The notes: generated by a model not told the origin, from the sequence alone. 64,000 bases of DNA from Rhizophagus irregularis (GCF_026210795.1 NC_089429.1:62001-126000), one strand, 5' to 3'; numbered from the stretch's first letter, positions 1 through 12,859 are shown. Numbers and translations are program-made.

Positions 1-659
1 CAAATGTAAGTCAAAAAGAAGTAAGTTGAAGTAAGTTAAAAAAAGTTGAAAGAGTTTTTTGGAGGTATATATACTTGTAAAAACTTCATTTTGACTAGAC
101 GCGGTGGCTTGTTATAAGTTTATCAGGCGAAAGAAATGAATCGCATCTCATGAGTAATTATCACGAGTATTTATTAATTACTATTACGCAATTTTTCGGT
201 TGTACAGTTGACTATATTTGACTAATGTGGCTTTTTGTATAAAAAAAATAAAACGCAGTAACTCTCTTACTCCGACGCAAAAGTATCGGACTTGTCCTCG
301 TGGTATTTTCTTGACCTGATCAAAAATGCAGATCTATGCATAACAATAAATGTATTTTTCTTGACCCGATCCAAATAATGGAATTTTCTTGACCCATAAA
401 TATAATCAAGTATTTTCCCGAAAAAAAAATCCGAATTTTTCGGAATTCTATGTACACTTCCGAAGATAAAAAAATTTGCCACTGAGAATTACCCTTTTAG
501 GCTGATCTGTGGCTTGTGCTTAAACCATAATCATGTGTTTTTCAGAAAGAATATTCCGAAAGTTTATATTAACTATATCTGGTATATTATCATAGTTTAC
601 TCCTGAACGCTAAAAAAAAAAATATTTTCGATTTTAATTTCATATAAACGAGCAATTAT

Positions 660-1170
660 AATGTGTGTACTTGGTCTTTGATATTTTTCGTGGACTTGTA
701 ACTTGTGTATGACCTTTTATTTTAATTTATTTGATCTTAATACATGGGCAATAATATGGTCTTTCGCGTCTAATGAGCAATTTAATTCATGTATAGCGGC
801 CTCTTATTTTAATTTTTAATGGGTAATGTTAATTCATATTCTTATTTGATTTTAATACTTTTTCATGGACAATTTTAATTTATGTCTTTCCATTTGATCT
901 CTAATATTTTTCGTAGGAATTTTTATTTATGGTGATGGTCTGATTTCTAATGAGCAATTATAATTCATATATAGTGGTCTTTCTATTTGATCTTTAATAT
1001 TTTTATGAGTAATTTTAATTTATATATGGCGGCTTTCATATTTTGATCTTTAATACCTACCCTTTCGTGAATTTAATTTATGTATGATGGTCTTATTATT
1101 ATTTGATCTTTAATATTTTTTTTGTGAGCGTGCGATAGTCTTTTCATTTAATTATTCACAGATTTTTAAT
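660..1170. repeat. Degenerate AT-rich tandem-like repeat region (recurring TTTGATCTTTAATATTTTT / AATTTTAATTTAT motifs)
   Basis: Motif variants recur at ~730, ~893, ~987, ~1042 and ~1102; unit boundaries are fuzzy. Confidence 0.45.
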
Positions 1171-1299
1171 TTATATGTAATAAATGCAATTTTTTTTTTG
1201 GAAAATATCATTTATTATATAAAAATATGCACAATTTAATATTTTACGTAGTTGAAAATAAAATGTTTATTTTGTATCACTAATATCAAAATATACAAT

Positions 1300-2781
1300 T
1301 CACCAACCTGATACATATATTATTTCTAGTCTAGATTTTCATGTTTGTCCTTTCTTTCCAATTCTTTATTAATCCAATTTTTAATCACTGTTAATGTTGT
1401 ATCACATTTAGGTATATCAATATTATTGTACATACGAGATACCATTGATTGATTAAAACCAATATCATTAAGAGAAATATCCCTTATTTCTCGAGCTATT
1501 CTATATTGACTTGGAACATCAAGGGTTTTCCTATAATCTAAAATTATTTTAAATTCTTTAAGTATCTTTGATTCTTTGCTTGTAAAAACTCGTGTTCTTT
1601 TAGGTTTCCATTGTTCATTTAATTTATCTTGATCTTGGGATTTGTGATTAGAACTAGAATTATAAAATGTATTAGTATTATCGGCAATATGCTATTATTG
1701 TTAATTTAATAATAATAATTAATATAAATAAATAATTATCTCCTACGCATTAACTTTTCAGCAATTAAATTTTGTGTTGATTTTAAGGTTTGAGTACGAA
1801 TTCCAATATATTCATCAATAGGCAAATTCTTTTTACCAATATCCAAATTTTTGACAATATTATTTTCTACTTCTACTGTCGCCTGGTTCTATTCTTAATA
1901 GCCGGTACCAAATTACTCCATAAAACAATCGTCTTCCACCAAACTTTTTCTAAGTAGTTTTTTAAATTGACACTATAAAAAGGATTTATAATTGATTTTC
2001 CTGTGGTATCTAATTGTACTTCAATTTTAATATCTAATTGTAATATTAATAACTCGTAATTACTATGATGGTTTTGTAAAATCTTCAATAAAAAATTACC
2101 ATCTTCCATAGTATATGTCCAAGCATTTAATTCATTACATTGTAACAAATTTGATATATATATTAAATCTTCGTTCTCATCTTCAAGATTTTGATTAGAT
2201 TCAAAATTTAATTCCGGCAAATCATACAAATTATCATTATTAAAATTATTAAATCTATTTTTTCTAACCAAAATTACTTTTTCGTTAATTAAATTTAATT
2301 TTTTTTGTAGCATTAACCACTCCCATTTATCTATTTCATTTTCTACATCTTGAATATTTTCCTTTACTCTTACTGAATTCCACACTCGCATCACAAATTT
2401 TGCCAAAATTTCTCGATTATTACCATTTCAATTATAAATTTTTTTGATCTAATATGGTATCATATTGCTCTTATAGCATGTCCAAAGCACCAAGCAACTA
2501 AAATTTTAGAATTATCAAACTCTTGATTTGCTACAATATTTCCAACTATTCTTTTAAAATACTGATCTGGTGTCTTATTATTATATTCTTTCAACACTGC
2601 CACCAATATATTACGTGCACAATCAGTATTAATTAAGTAAGGAATAGAATTAACATTAAACAATTGTAATTCTTTTTGTCTATAAATATTCAAATAATGG
2701 CAAAGATTATTAGATTTGTTATAAGTTCAAATACATCTATAGGCGACGCATCTGATCCTTTACCTAATGAATAATGATGAG
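1300..2781 (-). pseudogene. C-terminal half of a decayed MULE/Mutator-type DDE transposase
   Basis: ORF 2460-2693 has INTDCARNIL (second catalytic D context) followed by AWCFGHAIRAI (CxxH motif typical of MULE transposases). Fragments continue through 1873-2406 with stops and frameshifts. Confidence 0.65.
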
Positions 2782-3122
2782 CCAGTTCCATGACACACCG
2801 AGTTGTTTCTCAAAATCACGAGATGATCGGCTAATCAGATTTCGGAAAAAATTCATAGATTTGCGATCATCCTTTTTTTCCCATATTCATATCAGGGCAA
2901 GCTATTAGGATAGGTTATCTCCCGCAGATCAAAGGAGTTTTTTATTCACATGCATGTAGATTAATTTACACAGTATTGCATATCAATTTCGCAGATGTAG
3001 TTAAAAAAAGGACAAAGTTCACTATGTGGACAAACTAATACTTTTTATTTATTTATGCATAATCAAAAATGAAAAATCTGGACACGCGTGTCCGGGCGCA
3101 GTAATGTGGCGCAGTAAACAAA

Positions 3123-4437
3123 TTATTGATTTGCTCTCAAGACACCAGCTATTACATGATAAACATTATTATCAGATAAATTTAATATAAATCTAGCGGG
3201 AAAAGTTCTAATTCGTGCTATTTTCGATTTACCAATACCATTAAAAAGCTTATAGAGCTTCTCGGCCCTTTCCATCCTCTTTCGCAAAGCTTCATCAGAA
3301 AGTTCTGTTACGGAGATTTGTTTCCTAACTTCATCTTTAACGAGAGCTTCAGCTCCATACTTACCATGACTGGGTTTTAATTCCTTATATCGCAAGTGTA
3401 AAGCTTCTCCAAAGTCGAAATATCGATTGATGACATTCCGTGTTGCATCTTTATTTTTTTCTTCGGCTTGGTCTATCATACTGGATAGATGAAAAAAATT
3501 ACCAGAGTTTAGTGACGCATTCGATTCTTCCAAATCTTCATTATTGGAATTATCGGTTAATAACTCTTCGATAAGTTTTTTCAGCATAGAAGGGACGCCT
3601 TCCTTATTAGATGTCTTCTGCTTCTTACTTGACGATTTTTCGGGTAAATCACTAGAGCGTTTCTGGGCGGTACTCGAAGCCTGTTCTACTGGAAACGATT
3701 CCATATCATCGGCTGAAGTACAGGTAGGACATCTTTTGTGTAGATCGTTAATACAATCTAAATGCACAGCATGTTTACAGGATAAAAAGACGGTATCTTT
3801 CTGGAAATCTATGGAGATTTCTTCGGAACATTTCTCACATATAGGGCGTTGGATTTGACCGCTAGAGAGTTCCTTTGAAATCGAGTCATCCACATTTTTG
3901 GAATTGCCAGGCGTAGTACTAACAACTTCAATAGGGCTGGTTGCCTGGTCAGAAGTTTCTTTAGTGGCCTCAATAGAACTTGATGCCTGGTCAGTAGTCT
4001 TGGACGAACTTTGTTCCTCTCCGCCTAATATCCCTAGTTCGTTCATAAGAATTACATCAGCGTCCTCATCCACGGGAGTTTGATCTCCTGAATCCACTTG
4101 CTTGGAGGTAGTATCTGTAGTCGGGGTTGTAGCCTTGTCTTGCGATCCCTTTTCCTTAAAAAGATCCGGAGAGAGAAAAGTTTCAATATCTCTATTACAA
4201 TCCTTATTCGGGCATCGCACTTCTCCATTCACCAGATACTTTTCGAGACACTTCTGGTGAAATATGTGTCCACATGAAGCTAGGGTAAATTCTTTGTATG
4301 GCGGGTTCGATGCAGAATAAATCCCTTTTCCATATAATGAGCATGGATTCACATCCGGGATACTGATATGCCATAGCAAGAGTGCTAGTATAGCGGAGGA
4401 TATTTTTTGCGAGCGCTACGATGTGTGTTCTATCCAT
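3123..4437 (-). CDS. Protein with two RING-like zinc fingers and a C-terminal helical domain; one frameshift or unrecognised intron near the 5' end
   Basis: ORF 3123-4379 has SCGHIFHQKCLEKYL...RCPNKDC and CEKC...SCKHAVHLDCI...CPTC. The likely ATG (MDRTHIVALAK) at 4437 is in another frame. Confidence 0.75.
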
Positions 4438-4499
4438 ACCTCTTCGTATACGGCTGAAGAGCCTTGAGCAAAAAAAGATCATTTTGTTTTATATTACTT

Positions 4500-4710
4500 G
4501 CTAAATTTCGCAGGAGAAAACATTCCCCGGATCCTCACTAGCAATTACGCATTGCATTTCGTCATTCCGTTAATCTCCCTGCAAATCGATAAAAATAACG
4601 AAGGATTAGCATATTTATCTCCAAACCCCATATGCGAAATATTGATTGCTGGAAAAATATCCATACCTGAATATTGTTTTGTTAATATGATACTAGCGTG
4701 GCCAAAGACA
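4500..4710. repeat. Conserved ~200-bp non-coding repeat, copy 1 (upstream of RING gene)
   Basis: Blocks GCAATTA(C/T)GCA..TGCATTTC, TGCAAATCGATAAAAAT, CCAAACCCCATATGCGAAATATTGATT and GAATATTGTTTTGTTA recur at 8215-8575 and, inverted, at 33003-33225. Confidence 0.8.
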
Positions 4711-5002
4711 GCCAGAGGAGCTTTTGTGCCCCAGTTCGCAATTTGCCCCAAATTGAAATAATTACTATATAAAGGGTATAGTGCTGGTACTGCCTTAAGG
4801 CATTATAAAAATGGGTCAGTAATGGGTCGATAATTTAGGCCGAATTGCGATTTGGGGTACAACAGTCTTCCGCACATACCCTATCTTTTAACAACACACA
4901 TGTTAAAAATACGTACTCGAGTTACGGGCGAAACTTTATTAATATTTATGTGAGAATACAAGGCGAAAAACTACATATTTACTTGTGACGTAATAACATA
5001 AT

Positions 5003-5628
5003 CTATTTCGGTTTATAATCTTTTGAATTATCCTTGTAACCTTCGTCAGTGTCATACGAACCGCCCATGTATGAAGCGGATCTTATGGGTGGTCTTTCAT
5101 CAAAATATGGGTTTTCGTTGTATTCACGGGCATTAGGAATTAATGGTTCACCACTAGTACCAACAGCTCTGGAACAGGATTGAATGCAGTTCGCCGTAAA
5201 TAAGTTATACGGTGTATTCCCGCCGGCGGATTCGAAGATATCTTCGACTGTAGTGTTTGGATTGGCCGTATGAAGACTCACTACATGAAAATTATCCTTA
5301 TTTTCGACATCCTCCCATGGAACAATCTGGGTGGAATTTCCATTCTTATCCCGGTCAAAAAAACCTTACCCTGGTCAATAAAATATTGGTTAGTTCCGTC
5401 ATCGTAGTCACCACTAGTAGTTCCCACAGTAGTAACTAAAAGCCCTTGATGAGGAACTCCTAATGCTGATAAACTCTGGGAAAAAATTTCATCTCCAGGT
5501 TCGATTGGGCGTTGAAGTACTTGCACAAATTCAACTTCTTGCTTATATGGATTGTTTTGTTCCATAATAAGTGTTGGAGGATAGAAATCAGAAGTCTCTA
5601 AGCTTCCAAATGAAAAAGGTTGGCGCAT
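5003..5628 (-). CDS. Hypothetical protein in two abutting ORFs (possibly a frameshifted gene)
   Basis: ORFs 5281-5628 and 5003-5281 abut and have coding-like composition; no motif recognised. Confidence 0.35.
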
Positions 5629-5750
5629 GACCTATGAAGTTGGCAATAATTTTTTTTAAAGTTATTTTTGATCAATATTATTATTGCTAAACTATAACCT
5701 TTATGAATGAAGAGTGAATGTGTATTTGTCAAGAGTACGTTTGGTTAATA

Positions 5751-6046
5751 CAAGTCCCCGACTACTATCTCCACCTACGAAACATGTTTTTCGGTTTCGA
5801 TTTCGTCCATTCCCACCTACAAAACATGCGTTGCACGTTTTTTCGGCTTCGACCAGTTATCCGCCTACGAAACACATATTGCATGTGCTTTTTCGGCTTC
5901 TCCTGGAACCGCCCAGATCCACCTACTGAAACATACGAAATGTTTCTCGGTTTCACAACACCTACGAAACACAAGAAAATGTTTCGAGGCCTATCCCACC
6001 TACCAAAACACAAGGAGTGTTTCTCGGCTTCGCGGATGGGAACTTG
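5751..6046. mobile_element. MITE with short TIRs and internal CACCTACGAAACA repeats
   Basis: Starts TA|CAAGTCCCC and ends GGGAACTTG|TA; about six internal CACCTAC(G/A)AAACA motifs. Confidence 0.65.
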
Positions 6047-6318
6047 TATTATTGCAAAAGTACTAGAGAAAAGTAGTGAGAAAAAATGTTCTATTTTGAG
6101 ATATTTATATATTGAAGTATCATCATTTTAAGGGGAAAAATCATTATTACTTTGATCACGTGACGGATATCACATAAGTTGAATCGCGTTCGATCAGCAG
6201 TAAGAATTACGCGTTAACTTGACTTCGTACTTTGTACTTCACAACAAGTTTCTTTTAAAGTCACCTTTTCTTTCTGTTTCATCACATTCTTAAATAAATT
6301 ACGCGTTACATTTTTACA

Positions 6319-7881
6319 ATGGCTAAGTTGTTAAAGTGGCTCAAAAGGAATCTTAAGGGCAATATTAAAGGAACACTAGAGGAAACGATCAAACATTTGA
6401 TTTCGTTAAAACCTCCAAAATGTAATAGTGAGGCGTTGAAGTCTTCCTTACGAGATCTGATGAAAAACGATAAAGTGATACGTAATGAATACGAATCACT
6501 AAACATGTGGCTTAACGCTGATGTTCCTGAGAAAGTGAAAAATAAAAGACTAAGAGTTATTGATAAAGATAATCGAGCTGTTTTCAAGAAAGTAAGAGTT
6601 GTACAGTACAATATTTCTTACGGAACACAAACACAAACACAAAATTCAAATAGTACAGCAAAAGAAGTACAAGTAGTTCCTACAAATGATAAAGAATTGC
6701 AGGAAAGTGATGAAGAACAAGCAGTCCCTACAAATGATAAAGAATCGCAGGAAAGTGAAGAAGTACATGCAGTTCCTGCAAATGATAAAGAATCGCAGGA
6801 AAGTGACGAAGAACAAGCAGTTTCTACAAATGATAAAGAATCGCAGGAAATAGATATACGAAGTTGGGAAGTAAAAGAAGAAGAGGGGGAAGTTTTAGTT
6901 CATCCATCATTTTCACGAATTCCGCAAAAGTTCTCATTCTCGCCATCGAAGCAAGGTTCGTATGTTGAGCCAATACTAGAACACGTTGAGAGAGCACTCT
7001 TTAGATTCCTTGTGAAAAATCAGGAATATATACCGTCCAATATTGTGAAAGAATTCGCAATTAAATGCCACCCTCCGCGAAATGTTGATTTCTCGGACGC
7101 CGATTTACTTTGTCTCTTGAACTTTATCATAAAAAATAGTTCTTTGTTTACGGTTCCTAATTCTGATCAAACGCTGTTCCATGGAGAATATAAACTGAAA
7201 CCGTTAGATATTCTTAAATCATTCAAAACTGAAGCAAGAAATCACCATGCACACGGAATAACGCAAATTGAAGGAAGGTGGTGCGACGAAAAACTTCAAA
7301 GACTGTCGACTTTGTCATTAGAATTAGTCAATTGCCTTGGTAAGTTTTGTATGGATATCATTCATACAGTATTTTAAATATTTATTAAGAACAATTTTTT
7401 TGTGTAATCTATTTTATAATAGGAGACGAAAACGCATATGAGTTATTATTGAGAATTAAACTGGAGCTTAATTCTGAACTCGAGGAACAATGTGTTTCAT
7501 CAATGAAAAGGAAATATGAAGAAAATGAAGATAAATTTCATGAAAAAAAGAAAAGGATGGTAGAAATAGAACTCGGAGAGTTGGTTGATTTCGCTCTTGA
7601 TATAGTAAATAAACTTAATTCAACAAATGAAGGACATCTAAGTCAAATAGTGCGACTAGCTGTCGATGAAGACAAGGTATTTTTAAAGATTTGGAAATCT
7701 TTAGCAACCCGAAAGGACGAGAATGAAAGGATTCAAAAGTTTATTTCTCTGATGAATGTCCTTTTTGATATGGTGAGTATTTCAGACGTATCTCGAATGC
7801 TTAGTATAATATCCGATTTTACAACTGATTTCATAATATTATACTCAACAGAATTTAAAGACCAAGAGTGAAACAATTTGA
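6319..7881 (+). CDS. Three-exon gene with an acidic tandem repeat and a probable Swt1-like HEPN domain
   Basis: Exons 6319-7339, 7423-7772 and 7852-7881; GT-AG introns keep the frame. Contains DADLLCLLNFIIKN followed by EARNHHAHG (RxxxxH). Confidence 0.75.
6664..6850 (+). repeat. Coding tandem repeat, four copies of ~48-51 bp (VPTNDKESQES)
   Basis: (A/G)CAAATGATAAAGAAT(C/T)GCAGGAAA is repeated four times. Confidence 0.9.
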
Positions 7882-8214
7882 GAATATTAAAAATTTGACT
7901 TTCCTTTTCCGATAATTATCAGCAAGAGCTTTAATTTGTTAGTACAACAGTTTATATTACTTAATAAAGTATTATGCATAACTTATCGAATAATTATATA
8001 AGTAAATCTTGATCATACATATTTGGTTAGGTAGCATAGTTTTATGCGAAGTTAAAAAAAAAATAACATGCGCAAATAATTTATATTTTTCCAATGCACT
8101 GGTTAAAAAACAAAGCCGATATGGGCAAAAATCCGCCTTCTTGGTTGAAGCCAGAGAAAAATATATCACAATAAGTTAGAATCATTTACTGTTAACTGCT
8201 TTCTGGGCATGAAC

Positions 8215-8575
8215 TTTACTGGCAATTATGCACTGCATTTCGCCATTCATTAGCTCCTTGCAAATCGATAAAAATGACTTCATGATTTGCATACGACTCT
8301 CGTTAGGTGAAATAACCAGAAAATGTTCAAATGGAATTAGCTCGTAATTTTGGAGGAATAGAATTTAATGCTAAAATATTTTGGCGATTTTCTTAAAACA
8401 TTGAATAATAATAATCCATGGTTCTATAAACCAATTCCAACAGAACAATTATTCGATTCAAATTTAAATAATTCTGATGATATCCCAAACCCCATATGCG
8501 AAATATTGATTACCAAAATATATTCGAATATTGTTTTGTTAGTATGATTCTAGCGTGAACTGGAAACATGACACG
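8215..8575. repeat. Conserved non-coding repeat, copy 2, interrupted by ~180 bp of unrelated sequence (~8297-8476)
   Basis: Same blocks as 4500-4710, in the same orientation. Confidence 0.75.
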
Positions 8576-8818
8576 AAATAAATGCGAGATATATATGTGA
8601 ATCTCACCTGCCCCCTTGATCCATCGATCTGCGGGGTGAGAATGAAATAACTCAAATTAATTTTGCAGAAAATCAAGTGATAGATTATTTCTGAGCTATA
8701 CGAAGAAAAAAAGAGAATTTCTCTGATATCGACTACTGCGCATAATACAGTATATAAGCCACCCACGGATAATTCAGTCTATGCAAATATGTGATTCACT
8801 TGATAATCTCCTAGGCGG

Positions 8819-9808
8819 TTACCGGAGAGATGATTGGAGAGGTTTTTCTTTCATATTTTCCGTCAGATAATAATAACCTCTATCACATTCACCATATTCA
8901 TTATATCCACCGTATCCATTATATCCATCATCATCCGAATCGTCTGGCATCTCATCTCCAGAATTACTATCGGGATCAGAGTCATCATTACATGAATTGG
9001 AGCCACCATCTTGCGTATTATCTGGATCTGGCCGAAGGCGCTGAAGCAAAGGGACCTCTTCATTCGCCTCATCGAAATACACATCGTCATCATCTGAAGT
9101 GGTGGTGTTCACTTTAGTGGGATTCGTCTCATTGAAAAACATATCTTTATCAAACCACGCCTCTTCCTTGGAATTATCAGAAGAATTAGAGACATTGACT
9201 AATGGAATAGGTGCAGTTGATTCTTTTGGAGGCGAGACCTCCAATACATTAATTTGATCGGATCCCTCTGGGACCTCGTTATCTTGTTCTACGTCCTCGG
9301 AATCATCAGTGAATTCCATATCGGGATTTTTGGTAAAGTGATCCATGACTCTTTGAATTTCTTCGTTGGTAAATTTTGAAATACTGTTCGCACTGTATGA
9401 TTTAATATATATGACCTTATCTAACCCTATTGTTTCAGTCAACCTGTAAATCTTCCTAGCTCTTTCGATTTTCTTATACAGAGCGGGACGCTTAGTGTCG
9501 GGATTCTGCGCAAGTATGAAATCATAAATTAGTCCTTTGGCTTTTTTCATGCCTACTCTATCTCTAGCCATGATTTCGTCAATGGTTTTATCAAATGCTA
9601 TAATAAAAATTCTCCAGCATAAAATTTCCGCCTGGTTAGCTTTTATCGATACATCTTCTGCATCACAAGCTTTTTCATATAAGTTAGCTATATTTTGTAA
9701 GATATCCGATTTTTCCTGACCCGAGGTCAGCGAAATTTGCCAAGAAAAATTTTTTATTATTACATGCGAAAAATAAATACAAAGTTCGGGACTGTGCCCG
9801 TGATACAT
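8819..9808 (-). CDS. Unknown protein with a helical domain (LYKKIERARKIYRLTETIGLDKV) and an acidic GYxGY-rich tail; 5' end uncertain
   Basis: 329-aa ORF; the domain aligns by eye with the C-terminus of the RING protein at 3123. Confidence 0.6.
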   Translation of the reverse strand: MYHGHSPELCIYFSHVIIKNFSWQISLTSGQEKSDILQNIANLYEKACDAEDVSIKANQAEILCWRIFIIAFDKTIDEIMARDRVGMKKAKGLIYDFILAQNPDTKRPALYKKIERARKIYRLTETIGLDKVIYIKSYSANSISKFTNEEIQRVMDHFTKNPDMEFTDDSEDVEQDNEVPEGSDQINVLEVSPPKESTAPIPLVNVSNSSDNSKEEAWFDKDMFFNETNPTKVNTTTSDDDDVYFDEANEEVPLLQRLRPDPDNTQDGGSNSCNDDSDPDSNSGDEMPDDSDDDGYNGYGGYNEYGECDRGYYYLTENMKEKPLQSSLR

Positions 9809-9847
9809 GACGTTTCTATGCTAATGATGGCGGACTATTTTACATGA

Positions 9848-10866
9848 TTATTTTTTCGAGCGATACTCCTCTATTCTAGCCTTTTTCTTTGAGGGGGAAT
9901 CGTCTTCTGCACATGCCCTATCCTACTACTACACCCAACACCTTTTTCACGCCACTTCGCAACGTTTGATATTCCTCGGAGTCTTTATCCAAGGCCTTCT
10001 TGTTAAATTCGATAGTAACGGGGACTTCACTCGCCTGAGAAATTTCACCCGGAGAATATAGCAAAAAATGCCAATCCCTGGCCGAGGTGATGATACCATA
10101 GAGATAATCGAAATCATCATCACCATCTCGTTTTCTTTTTCTCTTATTCGTTTCGTACGAACTTTCGAGTTGCTTTATATTTTGGGCGAAGCCTTCGAGA
10201 ATACTACGCTGGACCTTGTCCTCTGTCACACAAATAAGGTTCTCAGCCTCCTGGAAGGGAAATAACATTAGCTTATTTCGGGAAAATGCCAAGAAAAAAA
10301 CATACCTTTATTGCATAATCGACTCGCCCGGAACTCTCTTCCCTGATTATTTCAAACTCTGGCCTCATACTAAATTCCTTCTTCGTGAGATCTCCTGCGA
10401 TATGGAGGGATGTATGAAGTATAGTCGAAACGTATTCATTGCGCATGGATTCCAAGCTATCTAAAACCAAAGAACCATAGTGCTTCATCCTGAACAAAAT
10501 ATTATCCATACAATGTTCGAAATGCTTATCAGTGTCTTGAATTTCGTGGGTTTGTAGGGAAAAAATCGGGATGGTATCCGTGCCCTCACTTTCGAGACCA
10601 TAATTTTTCAACACTTCTTTCAAACTTTTGTACGAGGAGAACGCACGCTTCGGCTTTTCTTTGAGGGTCTTAGCCTCTTTTGCAAGTTTCATAGCCGGTC
10701 CCATTTCCAACCCTGCTTGCATAAAATCTTCCTTGCTCATGTCGATAAAGACCTGTCCATCGATTTCTCTATTGCGGAGAACGTCATAGTGTTTTTTATC
10801 GTCAAGCTTGAGGTTCTGTTCTTTCAAAAAATCGATAAGGGTTTCTGTATCCCAGTTCTCAACCAA
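9848..10866 (-). pseudogene. SAM domain + PD-(D/E)xK restriction-endonuclease-fold (Crinkler-like) gene; no ATG at the 5' end and a small deletion near the 3' end
   Basis: WDTETLIDFLKEQ...EIDGQVFIDMSKEDFMQAGLEMGPAMKL is SAM-like. GRVDYAIK, intron 10251-10305, then EAENLICVTEDK...GFAQNIKQL. The tail ..DRACAEDDSPSKKKARIEEY is out of frame. Confidence 0.7.
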
Positions 10867-10887
10867 GTAAGAGTCGTGTTCGGTTGT

Positions 10888-11900
10888 TGAGGTATTGTAA
10901 AAAACGTGTTCAAGATTCTTTTATATGCATCTGTACTACCACCTTTTGTAAGAAAATATGGAACCAGTTTTACTAATTGTCCTGTGTAATCTAAAAAAAT
11001 ACCTGGATTTTCATATACATAATAATGATAATAAACAATTGCAGCTTCATTAAATATTACTATTGATAATGGTTGCGTCTGAATAGGTTCTTGAATAAAA
11101 CCCATATTTGGCGTTTAGATGCTGATCCTGATCCATTTTTTTCAAGATATTCGCTCTTTTCTTTTTTATTTATATTTAAAATAGCTGCATGAAATTGTTC
11201 ACATAAATTGTATCCCAATTGTTTATTTGCATAATTTTTAATTGAATTAATAGTCCTTGCTGAATAAGCTGATGGTACATGTTGCCGATTACCAGTATAT
11301 CTAACTTCACCTTTAACAGTAGACATAATTTTTTTTCACATATCACGAGGTGACTTATAATTAGAATTTATTAAATTCTGTCTGGCTAATCCACAGCATT
11401 AACCATATGTTTTTCCATCCAAATGTTTGCATTGTTTTTTATTAATTGAGAATGTAACATTAATAGTTACTAATTCTTTAGAATTAATTAAATCCAATCT
11501 GTCAATGATTATTTTAAAAGTTGTTTTTTCATTTTTTTCACATCCTTCACAATAACAATATTTCGTTAAGATTTTATTTGATTTATATGTTTTTTGAATG
11601 GATATGGATATCTGAGGAGGAAATTCAGAAATCAGAACGTTTCTTAAGTAATTCAACCAAATAATAATTACTAGTTTGCCATGGTCGCCAATAATAATTA
11701 ACTTCTTGATTATTATTAACAAAAAATAAAAATAATTTATTTAATGCATTTTCTTGAGTAATATTAAATTGAAAATCTTGAGCTTCCTCATAAATAAGAT
11801 AACCATCAATATTTTTAACATTAGGAACAAATGCATCATCAATACCTATTAGCAATCCTAACAAAGCTGAATTTTGATCTCTTTCTTGATCATTAAAATG
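10888..11900 (-). pseudogene. N-terminal half of the same MULE-type transposase
   Basis: GIFLDYTGQLV (first catalytic D context) and RILNTFFTIP. The frame joins HYSLGKGSDASPIDVFELIT at ~2780 once 2782-10891 is removed. Confidence 0.6.
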
Positions 11901-12171
11901 ATCTTCATACTCATCTCAATCCTTTATATTATATAACCGGTTTTTTGTACTTTTGATCCTTTACAATATCAACGTTATAATTTTGATCTTTAATAACCAG
12001 TTTTTTGTACTCTTCTTGATTCTTTACGATATCAATATTATAATTTTGATCATCATCAATAACCAACTTCGTAATATTATAATCTACAATAATTGGCTTA
12101 TTGCAATCTTCAGTAATAGATAAATAATCTTGAATGTAAGATAATTTATCATCCGAAAAAGCAGTAAAATC

Positions 12172-12664
12172 TAGAGCTTTAAAAAAAATTCAGGTCAGGT
12201 ATGAAGATTGACCTGACCTGATTGACCTGTTGACCTGAAACTATTGATTCTACTATATAATAAAAGTGAATTGCAGTATTGGGATTCACTTTTTTATATG
12301 ATTTTAATATAAAAATGTTGAATCGCAATATTTCGAGAAAAAATGTTGCGAAAACGTTTTTTCATAATATTAAAAAAATGTTTCGTAACATTTTTTTTTT
12401 GATATTTCAATAATAACGTTGCGAAAACATTTTTTTCATAATGTTATTAAAAAAAACGTTTTGCAATATTTTTTTTCAATATTTTAATAAAAAACGTTGC
12501 AAAAACGTTTTTTTTCATAATATTATATTAAAAAAAAAGTTTTGTACCATTTTTTTTCAATACTTTAATAAAAATAGTTTTGAAATTTTTCAGGTTTCAG
12601 GTCAGGTCAGGTCAAATAGACAACCTGATATAACCTGACCTGACCTGACCCATTCAGAGCTCTA
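12172..12664. mobile_element. hAT-like non-autonomous element with GACCT/AGGTC subterminal pentamer arrays
   Basis: Ends TAGAGCTTT.. and ..CAGAGCTCTA; multiple CAGGT/ACCTG repeats at both ends; no clean 8-bp TSD. Confidence 0.55.
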
Positions 12665-12859
12665 GTGACTATCCAGTTAGTGAAAGAAAGAAACTCTGGA
12701 ATGTTCTTTCAGCAAATATGCAAGACATTTTATTTTCTCTAGCTCATGCTGTAAATACAGCAACTCCACTATTACCAACTTCTTCTGCAGATGACCCCCT
12801 GAAGTAGAACAGAAAGAAGATAAAATACTGAACTATGCAATACGTGCTTATCAGCAGAA

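Noticed and set aside
268..482. Tc1-like terminus TACTCCGACGCAAAAGTATCGGAC and a 71-aa ORF
   Set aside because: No partner TIR found in the window and the ORF has no recognisable motif.
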